Assembly: GCA_950097015.1 (NCBI GenBank)
Contig: CATNEN010000039.1
Span: 19,158,001 to 19,222,000, forward strand
Direction: 5' to 3'
DNA length: 64,000 bases
DNA from: Macrostomum hystrix
Lineage: Eukaryota; Animalia; Platyhelminthes
A model generated the notes under the pieces. It worked only from the letters and a program-made list of their open reading frames with translations. It searched no databases and was not told where the DNA came from. Shown piece by piece: positions 38,912 through 50,534 of the stretch (within the stretch, counting starts at the first letter, position 1; each line of letters opens with the position of its first letter). A program made the position numbers and the translations under genes.

Positions 38912-39280
38912 TTACTTGGCGCTCGTGTACTTAGTGACAGCCTTAGTGCCTTCGCTGACGGCATGCTTGGCCAGCTCGCCAGGCAGCAGCAGACGCACTG
39001 CAGTCTGGATCTCTCGGCTGCTGATGGTGCTGCGTTTGCTGTAATGGGCCAGACGGCTAGCCTCGTTCGCTATGCGTTCAAATATATCATTTATGAAGCT
39101 GTTCATGATTAGCATAGACTTGCTGGAGATGCCTGTGTCCGGGTGCACCTGGTTTAGCACCTTGTAGATGTAGATGCCGTATGATTCTTTTCTTCGCTTT
39201 TTCTTTTTCTTATCCCTATCGGATTCCCTGGCTGATGACTTGGCTGATTTTGCGGCCTTTCCGCTGACTTTGGGTGGCAT
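38912..39280 (-). CDS. H2B: Histone H2B (divergent copy, imperfect stem-loop at 38875-38890)
   Basis: [11 protein letters not shown]...[26 protein letters not shown]...AVTKYTSAK; intronless. Confidence 0.95.
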   Translation of the reverse strand: MPPKVSGKAAKSAKSSARESDRDKKKKKRRKESYGIYIYKVLNQVHPDTGISSKSMLIMNSFINDIFERIANEASRLAHYSKRSTISSREIQTAVRLLLPGELAKHAVSEGTKAVTKYTSAK

Positions 39281-40308
39281 ATGGACGAATGGCAATTGTC
39301 TTGTTCACAGCACAGATAGGATTGCTGAAAAATGCTGCGCGTCAAGCTGTCGAGATGGACAGTGAAATACTGGGCGAAGTTTTAATTTAAATTAATGAAC
39401 GCCCGCCCGCACTTTCGTCAGCATCCAAATTAAATGCTACTTTAAAGTTACGACCGTGTGACCCTACTTGTGCTAGTAGTGTGCATAGAAATGTACAAAC
39501 GAACAAACCGGCTAATCTTTCAGCTCGAGCAAGACTGTTTCTGTGGGTAAGTCCTGTTCATTCAAAATTGCAAGCCTTAGAAGACGCGAAAAAGTACAGA
39601 AGATACAGCACGATAATTAAGCTAAAGTCCATTATACCAGTCCATTACATAACAGTATTTTTACAAGAAGCAATTCTCATGAATCATGATAGATGCGTCC
39701 AACTATATATATTTATAGTTGTCTACGAGTATATAATCTACAATAGCTATATATCTATGTCTATAAATGCTGCTGGTTGCACTATACTAACGGTTATTAA
39801 TTATTTCTAACTCAGAAATTCCATACTGTACATACACTCATAAATTGATTCTCGATTCTTATGATTCTTAAGAACTTAAGATTCTTAATAGAGCACACAA
39901 ATAACAGTACGCGTCTTAATTCCGTAACGATGGTTTCGTAGAAATCAGGATCTAAATTCATATCGTCCATTGTTTAGTCAATCAATAGCGATTTATTTTT
40001 GGGCGTTTAGTTCGCTCTCATCAATTAGCGGTGGCGAATCCTCAAATTCAAGCGCTTAACAACTATAGTCTTCGCTCTAGAGTTTGTAGCTTTTGGTAAT
40101 CTAAATGTTTTACTTTCTACTATGAGTAGACAATAAGGAAAGCAGTTTTTCTTAATCAATATAAAAACATAAGCATAGCCAATACCATTCCTTCTTCGTT
40201 GCTAAGATAATTTCGCTTTTCGTTTTGCTATATATATCATAAAATGCTCCATGAAATTAAATTTTATACTTTTAGCTAATCTACTACTTATCTTCGAAAT
40301 TTTCTACA

Positions 40309-40695
40309 ATGTCTGGACGCGGTAAAGGAGGCAAGGCGAGAAACAAGGCCAAGACCCGATCGTCCCGCGCTGGTCTGCAGTTTCCGGTTGGCCGTATTCA
40401 TCGTCTGCTTCGCAAGGGCAACTACGCTGAGCGCGTTGGTGCTGGCGCCCCAGTGTATCTGGCTGCTGTGCTGGAGTATCTAGCTGCTGAGGTTCTGGAG
40501 TTGGCCGGTAACGCTGCGCGTGACAACAAGAAGACCCGCATTATTCCGCGTCACCTACAGCTGGCTATCCGCAACGATGAGGAGCTGAACAAGTTACTCA
40601 GTGGAGTGACTATCGCCCAGGGTGGTGTCCTGCCCAACATCCAGGCCGTTCTTCTGCCCAAGAAGACCAAGGTGCCCGGACCTGGCAAGGCTTAA
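40309..40695 (+). CDS. H2A: Histone H2A (canonical, replication-dependent)
   Basis: [22 protein letters not shown]...; stem-loop at 40787-40802; no C-terminal SQEY. Confidence 0.98.
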   Translation: MSGRGKGGKARNKAKTRSSRAGLQFPVGRIHRLLRKGNYAERVGAGAPVYLAAVLEYLAAEVLELAGNAARDNKKTRIIPRHLQLAIRNDEELNKLLSGVTIAQGGVLPNIQAVLLPKKTKVPGPGKA

Positions 40696-40786
40696 GCCTA
40701 CCGTGCTACGATCCTAGTCTCTGCACACAGCGGCGGTCTAACACCAGCCGGCTACTCATGCCGCGCTAGTCTATTAACGTTAAAAC

Positions 40787-40802
40787 GGCCCTTTTCAGGG
40801 CC
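40787..40802 (+). promoter_or_regulatory. Histone mRNA 3' stem-loop (H2A)
   Basis: aaacGGCCCTTTTCAGGGCCacca. Confidence 0.95.
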
Positions 40803-41689
40803 ACCACATTCAAGTGATGAAATGTCTACGTCAGAGGCTTGGCCTCGCATCTTTAATCTTTCTATGTTCCATAGGCCTACCTTGAGCATTATGGCAGAGG
40901 CAGAGGCCAGGTTTGGTTGCATTGTACTAAAAAAGTTAATAATTGGAAATACATTCTTTAATACTAGCCCTAGGCCTAGGTCTATCCTATGTAAAATAAG
41001 CCTCATTGCAAAATTAGAGGCCTTCTACTAACTTTATCCATGCAACAATTTATGTTAAAAATGATTGTCTATTATGAAATAATTACAATAAGGTATGTTG
41101 GGTCATGCAAATTAAACGTCATAGCTAGCTATAGCGGTATCTAACTCTTGTCTGAATTGCATTAAATGTTAAATTTATTAAAATGTTCATCGTTTCTCTT
41201 ATATGTAAATTATCCATCACAACCTGATGTAAAATACACTAATGTCACTCTCCGGACACTAATTATAAGAGGGTATTCTAACAAGACTCGCCTTTATTGT
41301 TTAGAGTGACAATCAATATTCAGTGATATAGTTCAGTTCAGAGAATATTCACCAAATGGATAAAACAATTCATCTTAAAACATTTTAACAGACAATTTCA
41401 CAGCAGGCCCACATCCACAATGCTGATAGTGCTTAATCTAGATGTAGCAAAAACATGCAGTTGTTAACTACACAGTACACTTGTCTCAGCTAGCTGTTAT
41501 CAGCTGGTTGTTATCTGCTGGCAGTTCAGTTTCTCTCCAAATCCGTATTAGTTTCAATCTTAGGCAGGCAATATATATAGAGAAGAGAGAATTTAGCTTT
41601 TGATAAAAAAAATAAGCTGTAATCGGAGCCGCAGCCGCGTAGCCGTACAATATCTTAGTTTAACTAATTGTCTATAGGGATTCGGGAAG

Positions 41690-42006
41690 GATCATCATCA
41701 ACTGGGGGATCATCATCAACTGGGGATCATTATGAACTGGGGGATCATTGTGAACTGGGGGATCATTGTCAACTGGGGGATCATTGTCAACTGGGGGTTC
41801 ATTGTCAACTGGGGGATCATCATCAACTGGGGGAACATTGTCAACTGGGGGAACATTGTCAACTGGGGGATCATTGTCAACTGGGGGATCATTGTCGGCT
41901 GGGGGATCATCGTAGCTTTAAAAAGCTGTAAATTCAGCTGCTAAAAAGTATATACTTGACGAATTAAAAATATTTCTGCTCCCCGAAGGGCGGCAAAACT
42001 TGCTAG
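41690..42006 (+). mobile_element. 5'-truncated Helitron of the same family (18-bp repeats + 3' end), about 200 bp upstream of H3
   Basis: ctgctccccgaagggcggcaaaacttgCTAG|T at 42003-42007. Confidence 0.8.
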
Positions 42007-42193
42007 TACTCTACTAACAGTACAATATAGAGAAGACAAAATATATTTGCAGACTCTTCATGCAGCAAGTTTTCTAGCCAATAAAAATTCAAGTAATAAA
42101 TTATAGTAATGAGATCATCCCATATATATGTTAAAGAAAAGCCAAACATTTGCTCTCCATCAGCCAGAATTTTCTACAACACTCCTCTTGTGA

Positions 42194-42622
<429 letters not shown>

Positions 42623-42694
42623 GTTCTAGGAGCCGCCTTGATTTGGAATACAGCCTAGGCTAGTGTCCAATAGCCTTGAATAGAACGCTAAAAC

Positions 42695-42710
42695 GGCCCT
42701 TTTCAGGGCC
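42695..42710 (+). promoter_or_regulatory. Histone mRNA 3' stem-loop (H3)
   Basis: aaacGGCCCTTTTCAGGGCCacca. Confidence 0.95.
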
Positions 42711-43958
42711 ACCAAATTAAAATGAATGTTGAGTCGCATTTATTGTATTATTTATCCAGTCATAATTTCTTATGCATTACAGGTGAGAAACATTTCTCAC
42801 ATTGCCAAAATGTCTTTTAATAGTTAACATACTCAAAAAGCATTCATTGTCGCATTTACAAGGGTAAAAACTGTTTTCGTACGAACTACATTAAATATAA
42901 CGTAATATAACCTACAATGTTATACATGTATTTAATGCATTGTAATTTTAAAAAAAGCTCGTTATTGCTGGATTAAATTACTCTTCATGTGCTGTTCTGT
43001 AATAAATGGTCAATTATTTTGTTATAGGCCCTACAAGGCAAGCAAATATACACAAATTAGCCAGTTCCAAGGTGCTAAAAAAGTGAACCTTTGAATAATT
43101 ATTCATAGATGCAAATACGGTCTACTGAAACTAGGTAGGCCCTAGTTTACTAACAAGCACTGCATGTCTTTAGATAGTGCAGCAACAAGGGAATATACAT
43201 TCACTTCATCACCCTTTAAACACCTGGTGTATGGTGACTTCAAGTTGAATTTGTAGCACAGTAAACTTTGCAAAAAATTACTCCAATAATCCGATGTAAA
43301 AACTGGCCCTACTGTTTTTTTATTCACACTAAACGTTAACATTTACCCAAAACTGGAATTGAAATGCAAGGTAGAGTAAAGCAAACTAACGAACTTCCGA
43401 TATAACCATATAAGTCCTACTTGCAATCGAAATGATTCTATAATCCTTTTTTCCTCGATAGGGGTTGCGAGCCATCGATAGCTTACACGACAGGACTGCG
43501 TGTGCATATGCGTTAATGTATATAATGTTCTACTACAACACTAACTTCTACAACTATTTTGACCTACACTGAAAAAGACCCGATCCCAAGATAAAAATTA
43601 TATCCGATCCCACACAGTAAATTTATCCTGTCCGACATCGCACTGCAAATCAGAAGCTCTCGACCTGTATGCAAGAAGGACAGGCACAGACTGGCAATGT
43701 CCGCTTACCCAACAATCTAAGACTACGAAAGCGTTACATGCCGATATGAGTAGAGCAGTAAGGACATAGTAATTGCGAAATTTCTTTAAGAACTTGGAGA
43801 ACGCTTATTGGACGAGAGGAAAAGCCTATTTTATCGATTAGCTAAAAATTTAGCTTTTGCCACCCACGTTCAGCATATAAAAATAAAGACTGTACAATTG
43901 ACACGATCAAATTAGTGTGTTAATTCTGAAACTGTCTGCTTTCGAACCAACTATCGTC

Positions 43959-44324
43959 ATGCCTCCGAAGGTTAGTGGAAAAGCCGCCAAGAAGGCGAGC
44001 AAGGCCAAGGCCCCGAAAACGGACAAAAAGAGGAAGAGGCGCAGGAAGGAATCCTATGCCATCTACATCTACAAGGTTCTGCGTCAAGTGCATCCGGACA
44101 CTGGCATCTCGAGCAAGGCGATGATGATCATGAACAGCTTCGTCAACGACGTTTTTGAGCGCATCGCTGGCGAAGCTAGTCGTCTGGCCCACTACAACAA
44201 GCGCAGCACCATCAGCAGCCGGGAGATCCAGACTGCAGTGCGTCTGCTGCTGCCTGGCGAGCTGGCCAAGCATGCCGTCAGCGAGGGCACTAAGGCTGTC
44301 ACCAAGTACACCAGCGCCAAGTAA
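43959..44324 (+). CDS. H2B: Histone H2B (canonical)
   Basis: [17 protein letters not shown]...[20 protein letters not shown]...; TATA-like catataaaa upstream; stem-loop at 44375-44390. Confidence 0.98.
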   Translation: MPPKVSGKAAKKASKAKAPKTDKKRKRRRKESYAIYIYKVLRQVHPDTGISSKAMMIMNSFVNDVFERIAGEASRLAHYNKRSTISSREIQTAVRLLLPGELAKHAVSEGTKAVTKYTSAK

Positions 44325-44374
44325 TTTGGCAGTCTTGCTTGCGAGTGTGGTGAACTAATAATGAACGATAAAAC

Positions 44375-44390
44375 GGCCCTTTTCAGGGCC
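44375..44390 (+). promoter_or_regulatory. Histone mRNA 3' stem-loop (H2B)
   Basis: aaacGGCCCTTTTCAGGGCCacca. Confidence 0.95.
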
Positions 44391-45018
44391 ACCAAATTTA
44401 CTCGATGATTATGTCTGCTGTGTTCCTTCATAATCAACATAACAAATATCATAAATTTAATTCTGACCAATTACGATAGGTCATTCGGTTAATATTTACA
44501 ACAATTTACTAAATTTTAATTTGCAAATCTGGACTGTAAATATAATTAATATTAGCTGTCGCGTAAGAAAGCGTATTTCCTGAAGTTAATTAAAATTATC
44601 AATAAAACAACAATTGATCAACCGCATTTAGCCGGATGTTACAATCTTTAATAATCTGCAATATGCTCAGAAACAGAAACATTCTGATTATTCGCAGTAT
44701 AGCTGGCTTTTATTTTGTAACTCAAATGTAGATAGTCTGACATTAAATAGCAAAAATACACTTCACAATTACATGAATAGGATTCCTAATCAAATGTCGC
44801 GACTGTCCGCTGCAGTCGTAATAACTGACCTATGGCTAGGCCTACATGTAGGAAGGCCCCAGTATAGTTTCTCTAAAAACGTTCTCTATCTTTTGCATTT
44901 AGAGCAGCTTCGATATTTTGTAAGATAACCAAAACGTCGAATAGTAGAGGTCCAGCCCAAGTATAGAAACTCGGAGAGTAGTAAAACTCGGAAATTTCAA
45001 TCCTGTCCGACATTGGAA

Positions 45019-46141
45019 CATGGATGAATGAATAGAATGGATTGCTATTCTGGCTCTGGCTATTTTCGTTTTTGACTCTTGCATCCGGTTCCCCCCGTGC
45101 CTTTTCATTGGTTGATGATTGCCATAGACAATTTTCGGTCTTCGCCCCTTTCTTTCGATGCACAAGCGCAAAGAACTGAGAATGTCGGTTACTTGCAGAG
45201 ATTATCGATCGCTCGTTATTCTCTGGTCACTTGTTTGTCAATTGAAGTTGTTAATTGAAGCAGAGGAATGATAACAAATCCCCTGCAAATTACAACAGTA
45301 ATGATTTCAGATTTTCATGTCGAGGGTGATGATGAGGGTGCGATGACAATCCTACAATAATGGATTACTGGCGATGCTTTATCTGAATTTTACTATTGGA
45401 GTTATGAAATTGGTTTTAAAGTTCTATTTCAACACAAGTAACTTCTATTTCGCCCAGTAGGTGTTCCGGCTTTGGCACAGATCCGGGTCTTAGCCGCTTC
45501 CTGCAGTAGGCGCCAGGCGATTGTGTTCCCTGTGCGCTAATGATGAAGTCAGACGCAGTGTCGTCCCGCGTCCCCTGACTTGGACAGACATTCTAGTGCA
45601 GCACAGTAGCGCTTTGAGCCATTAGGCATGGTAGTGATAAAAGTAAAATAAACAGTGAGTAAACAACAAAAGAACGTCTAAACAAGCCTCTAAGCACGAA
45701 TCAGTCGATTTGTCTACTTTAAATTCTCAGTTGCTTTCGCTCGTGTTTTGAAATAAAGGGGGAAGACCTACAAGCACGATTCGAGAGTCGATTCGTCTAC
45801 AATAAAATCAGTTCTTTGCGCTTGTGCATCGAAAAACAACAACAACAAAATACGCAAGCCCCAAACGTCAGGGGGGCGGCGTCAAATGATGCGCCGCAGA
45901 GCCAGCGCGCGAACATGGTCCGCGCCGGAGGCAGTGTCGGGCGCCCTGGCGTCGCTCAGCAGGCAGTCGACGTAGCGGAGGGTCCGAGCCTGGCCGGCAT
46001 CGAAAGAAAGGGGCGAAGGCCGAAAATTGTCTATGGCAATCATCAACCAATGAAAAGGCACGGGGGGAACCGGATGCAAAAGAGTCAAAAACGAAAATAG
46101 TCAGAGCCAGAATAGCAATCCATTCTATTCATTCATCCATG
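45019..46141. mobile_element. Non-autonomous TIR element (P-element- or hAT-like MITE)
   Basis: CATGGATGAATG...CATTCATCCATG termini, ~160-bp inverted repeats, exact 8-bp TSD cattggaa (45011-45018 and 46142-46149). Confidence 0.85.
45835..45996 (-). mobile_element. 5'-truncated LINE 3' end nested in the right TIR of the MITE
   Basis: 9-bp direct repeat gcatcgaaa (45826-45834 and 45997-46005); ORF end GQARTLRYVDCLLSD...ALRRII*; (TTG)n tail. Confidence 0.65.
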
Positions 46142-46444
46142 CATTGGAAGTCCAATCGGAAACTGTCCAGCTGGAAAAAATAGAACCCTGGCCCGGCTAC
46201 ATCACGTACAATTAGAATCCTGGGATTTATCAGGTAAAATTGGAACCCACGTTTAATCAGGTAAAATTAAAGCCCAGGCTTTTCGAGGTACAGGTCCGCA
46301 TTCTAGACAAATGCGCATTTTTCGTCCTTATGTCAGAAAGAATAAATAAACACTATAAATAAACAAATAAACAAAGAAGAAACAATACTCAGCAATGTGT
46401 GACATTCGCGACAAAACTTATAACTTCTATTAAACTAACAAAAT

Positions 46445-47113
46445 TCATTCATAAAAATCCAGCTTTATGTCTTCGACAATCTCATCCAACTCCTCAGCCA
46501 GCTGACGTAGCCGAAGCAGCAATTGTTGTTCTTCGGCATCGCCTTCTAGTAAAGATCGGCAAGCAGCACGCTGCCAGCTGACAGCGACACTTAAGCGCTC
46601 AGCCTCCAGTTCTTGAAGCTTCTCGACATGTCGCAGCAGCTGCTGAGTCTGTTGAAGGTCTTCATTGATGCCTGGTTGCTGGCGCAGCTGCTGCATTACT
46701 GACAGCAGGCGGCTGGAGATCTTGGAAAATTCGACTGTGCAATTGCGAATGGCAGACATGTAGACAGCTTCTGCTACTGCGCTAGCATGGGTAGGCGCAC
46801 TAGCACTTGCACCAGAACATGTACCAGGACATGTACTAGCACCAGTACAAGAACCTGCAGAATTAGAATCATTGTGATTGGCAATTTCATTGCCATTTGA
46901 GACTCCATCTCTCTTTAAATTGCCAGAAGCAGTGACAGCATCTACTGTAGTAGGAGCAGCAACAGCAGCAGAATTGCTTGCTAGATAGCAATGAAAAGAC
47001 TTATTTAACCTGTCATGAGCTAAACAACGGCTGGACTGTAGTGCAATAATCTCTTGCACTGAGGTAGACAAGTTAGGCCTAGACGCTATATGATAATTGG
47101 AGGCCCCATCCAT
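46445..47113 (-). CDS. REX1BD: REX1-B domain protein (C19orf60-like) with a low-complexity A/S/T insertion
   Basis: LQSSRCLAHDRLNKSFHCYL...YMSAIRNCTVEFSKISSRL...VEKLQELEAERLSVAVSWQ...EELDEIVEDIKLD follows the REX1B helical pattern as remembered. Confidence 0.65.
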   Translation of the reverse strand: MDGASNYHIASRPNLSTSVQEIIALQSSRCLAHDRLNKSFHCYLASNSAAVAAPTTVDAVTASGNLKRDGVSNGNEIANHNDSNSAGSCTGASTCPGTCSGASASAPTHASAVAEAVYMSAIRNCTVEFSKISSRLLSVMQQLRQQPGINEDLQQTQQLLRHVEKLQELEAERLSVAVSWQRAACRSLLEGDAEEQQLLLRLRQLAEELDEIVEDIKLDFYE

Positions 47114-47853
47114 TTGGGCTTGTTGGACTGAAATTGTTAAAGAAATCAGTGACAACTATTTAGGGTAATAAAAAATTAATATGGAATATATAAGAAAAAA
47201 TAGTAGTTTCATATTTTTTGGTCATGTTACTTATAACTTAATACATATGTGTATACAAGTTATTTAAGCATAGAACAATAAAGTTATTTTTGTCTTCTGT
47301 ATTAATACCTTCTATTATAGCATAACACATTACATTGGAGTTTCTAATTATTTTTTTTATAATCAACCTTAAAATTAGAAGTTTCTCTATCCTTATAGAT
47401 AGTAAAAAAAACTCAGGAAACTCACTTAAAAGATTTATTGGTTTTAACTTATGTGTCTTCAATTGGGATAAAAGCTGAAATACTGCAGTTGTTTCATATA
47501 ATTTTTGTTTGAATTGGTGCCTAGTCATCACATAGAGTCTGAATTTGACCCAACTAGTCATGCCATGTCATCTGACTATGGCCAAAACCATAGAGTGTGA
47601 ATTGAAGCCAACTATAGTCATGCCTCATCATTTTTCTTGTCATCAAATTAAATAGTTTTGACACGTACATTAATTAAAACTGTAAAATAATTACATAAAA
47701 GATGATAAAACAAACTGCACTATTGTCCATCCTGAAAGCATGTATTCTATTTTTAAAAATAATTTAAAGAAAAAATTGGGCCTTGATTATGGATAAATTC
47801 ATTTTTCCTATTTTCATTTTTATCTTTTCTTTCTAAAGTTTTTAGTAAAAATA

Positions 47854-50534
47854 CTAGCAAGTTTTGCCCCCCTTCGGGGAGCAGAAATAATTTTAATTCG
47901 TCTAGTATATACTTTTAAGCAGCTGAATTTACAGCTTTTTAAAGCTACAATGATCCCCCAGATGACATTGATCCCCCAGATGAGATTGATCCACCAGTTG
48001 GCAATGATACCCCAGTTGACAATGATCCCCCAGTTAACAATGATCCCCCAGTTGACAATGATCCCCAGTTGACTATGATCCTCAGTAGACAATGATCCCG
48101 CAGTTGAAAATGATCCCCCAGATGACAATGATCCCGAGTTGACAATGATCCCCCAGTTGACCATGATCCCCCAGTTGACCATGATCCCCCAGTTGACCAT
48201 GATTCCCTATTTGATGATAATCCCCATTGATGATGATCACCAGTTGACAATGTTCCCCCGTTGACAATGATCCCCAGTTGAAAATGATCCCCCAGATGAC
48301 AATGATCCCCAGTTGACAATGATCCCCCAGTTGACCATGATCCCCCAGTTGACCATGATCCCCTATTTGATGATAATCCCCATTGATGATGATCCCCAGT
48401 TGACAATGTTCCCCCCGTTGACAATGATCCCCCAGTTGACAATGTTCCCCCCGTTGACAATGATCCCCCAGTTGACAATGATCCCAGATTTGATGACAAT
48501 CCCCATTGATGATGATCCCCCAGTTGACCATGATCCCAGATTTGATGACAATCCCCATTGATGATGATCCCCCAGTTGACCATGATCCCTCATTTGATGA
48601 TTACTCCCTATTGATAATGATCCTCAGTTTACAATTTTTGCCAGTTGAATATTAATATTAGCTGCTTTTGTAGAAAATTGAGAACAACAAATAAATGAAT
48701 TAATTGAATATCATTATGATGTTATAAGATAACAAAATCAAAAGTTAGAGAATTCGATACAATGACAAAAAAAATTTTTTGCCTTGATTCAAACCCTGGT
48801 TTAGCCATGATTCAAACTCTAGTTAGCTATGATTCAAACTCTGGCTTTGCCATGATTCAAATGCTGGTTTAGCCATGATTCAAACTCTGGGTTAGCCATG
48901 ATTCAAACTCTGGTTTAGCCTTGATTCAAACTCTAGTTAGCTATGATTCAAACTCTGGCTTTGCCATGATTCAAACGCTGGTTTAGCCATGATTCAAACT
49001 CTGGGTTAGCCATGATTCAAACTCTGGTTTAGCCTTGATTCAAACTCTAGTTAGCTATGATTCAAACTCTGGCTTTGCCATGATTCAAACTCTGGTTTAG
49101 CCATGATTCAAACTCTAGTTAGCTATGATTCAAACTCTGGCTTTGCCATGATTCAAACTCTGGTTTAGCCATGATTCAAACTCTGGGTTAGCCATGATTC
49201 AAACTCTGGTTTAGCCTTGATTCAAACTCTAGTTAGCTATGATTCAAACTCTGGCTTTGCCATGATTCAAACGCTGGTTTAGCCATGATTCAAACTCTGG
49301 TTTAGCCATGATTCGGACTCTGGTTTAGCCATGATTCAAACTCTGGTTTAGCCATGATTCAGACGCTGGTTTAGCCATGATTCAAACTCTGGTTTAGCCA
49401 TGATTCAGACTCTGGTTTAGCCATGATTCAGGCGCTGGTTTAGCCATGATTCAAACGCTGGTTTAGCCATGATTCAAACTCTGGTTTAGCCATGATTCGG
49501 ACTCTGGTTTAGCCATGATTCAAACTCTGGTTTAGCCATGATTCAGACACTGGTTTAGCCATGATTCAAACTCTGGTTTAGCCATGATTCAGACTCTGGT
49601 TTAGCCATGATTCAGACGCTGGTTTAGCCATGATTCAAACTCTGGTTTAGCCATGATTCAAACTCTAGTTTAGCCCTGATTCAAACTCTGGTTTAGCCAT
49701 GATTCAAACACTGGTTTAGCCATGATTCAAATGCTGGTTTAGCCATGATTCAAACTCTGGTTTAGCCATGATTCAAACTCTGGTTTAGCCATGATTCAAA
49801 CTCTGGTTTAGCCATGATTCAGACTCTGGTTTAGCCATGATTTAGACTCTGGTTTAGCCATGATTCAAACTCTGATTTAGTCATGATTCAAAATCTGGTT
49901 TAGCCATGATTCAAACTCAGATTTGCTATGATTTATGATATTTTATTTACGAAATGAAAAAAATAAATTTAAATAATCTTCAATCACTACTGGCTGAAAA
50001 TTAGTATAAATGATTTGATGCAGTGCAGAATCGAACCCTAGCCTAGCCTTACTTATTCCTGGTGCCTACACATCGGCTATTCCGACTTTTGGTTAGTGGG
50101 TGCAGAAATCTGCCTTATAAAATGAATTTTCAAAGTTCTGGCTTTGTACAATGAAGTGAGAAAATAGAGTACACTCAGTCTCGCGGAATTGGTTGTGTAC
50201 ATTTATTTCTAATTTGTCTCCAGAGTGCAGGCTTCAAATTCAATCAGCTAGGGGTTGTTGCGCAATTTGACGATGCAATTCTAACTCAGTGGCTGTCAGT
50301 GAATGAAATTCTCAATAGGCCAAGATGGTTTGACCTTTGAAAAATCATGTTTTTCGAATATTTAATCCCCTTAGCAATAAAGTTAAGCTTAATAAAAATA
50401 CGTGTATAATTCTCCCCATATTTAGCATCTTTTGGTGAAGAAATGGTGAAAATCGGTTGAGCCGTTTTTTCGAAAATCAATATCCTACCTAGATAGATAG
50501 ATAGATAGATACATCTCATTTTTAGTATATAGGA
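47854..50534 (-). mobile_element. Non-autonomous Helitron copy 4 (5' module X)
   Basis: Host A|TCctatatactaaa followed by (TCTA)n; 3' hairpin + CTAG|T; 5' module matches copy 1. Confidence 0.85.

Noticed and set aside
40309-40695. H2A as an H2A.X or H2A.Z variant
   Set aside because: No SQ(E/D)Y tail or H2A.Z signature; canonical stem-loop present.
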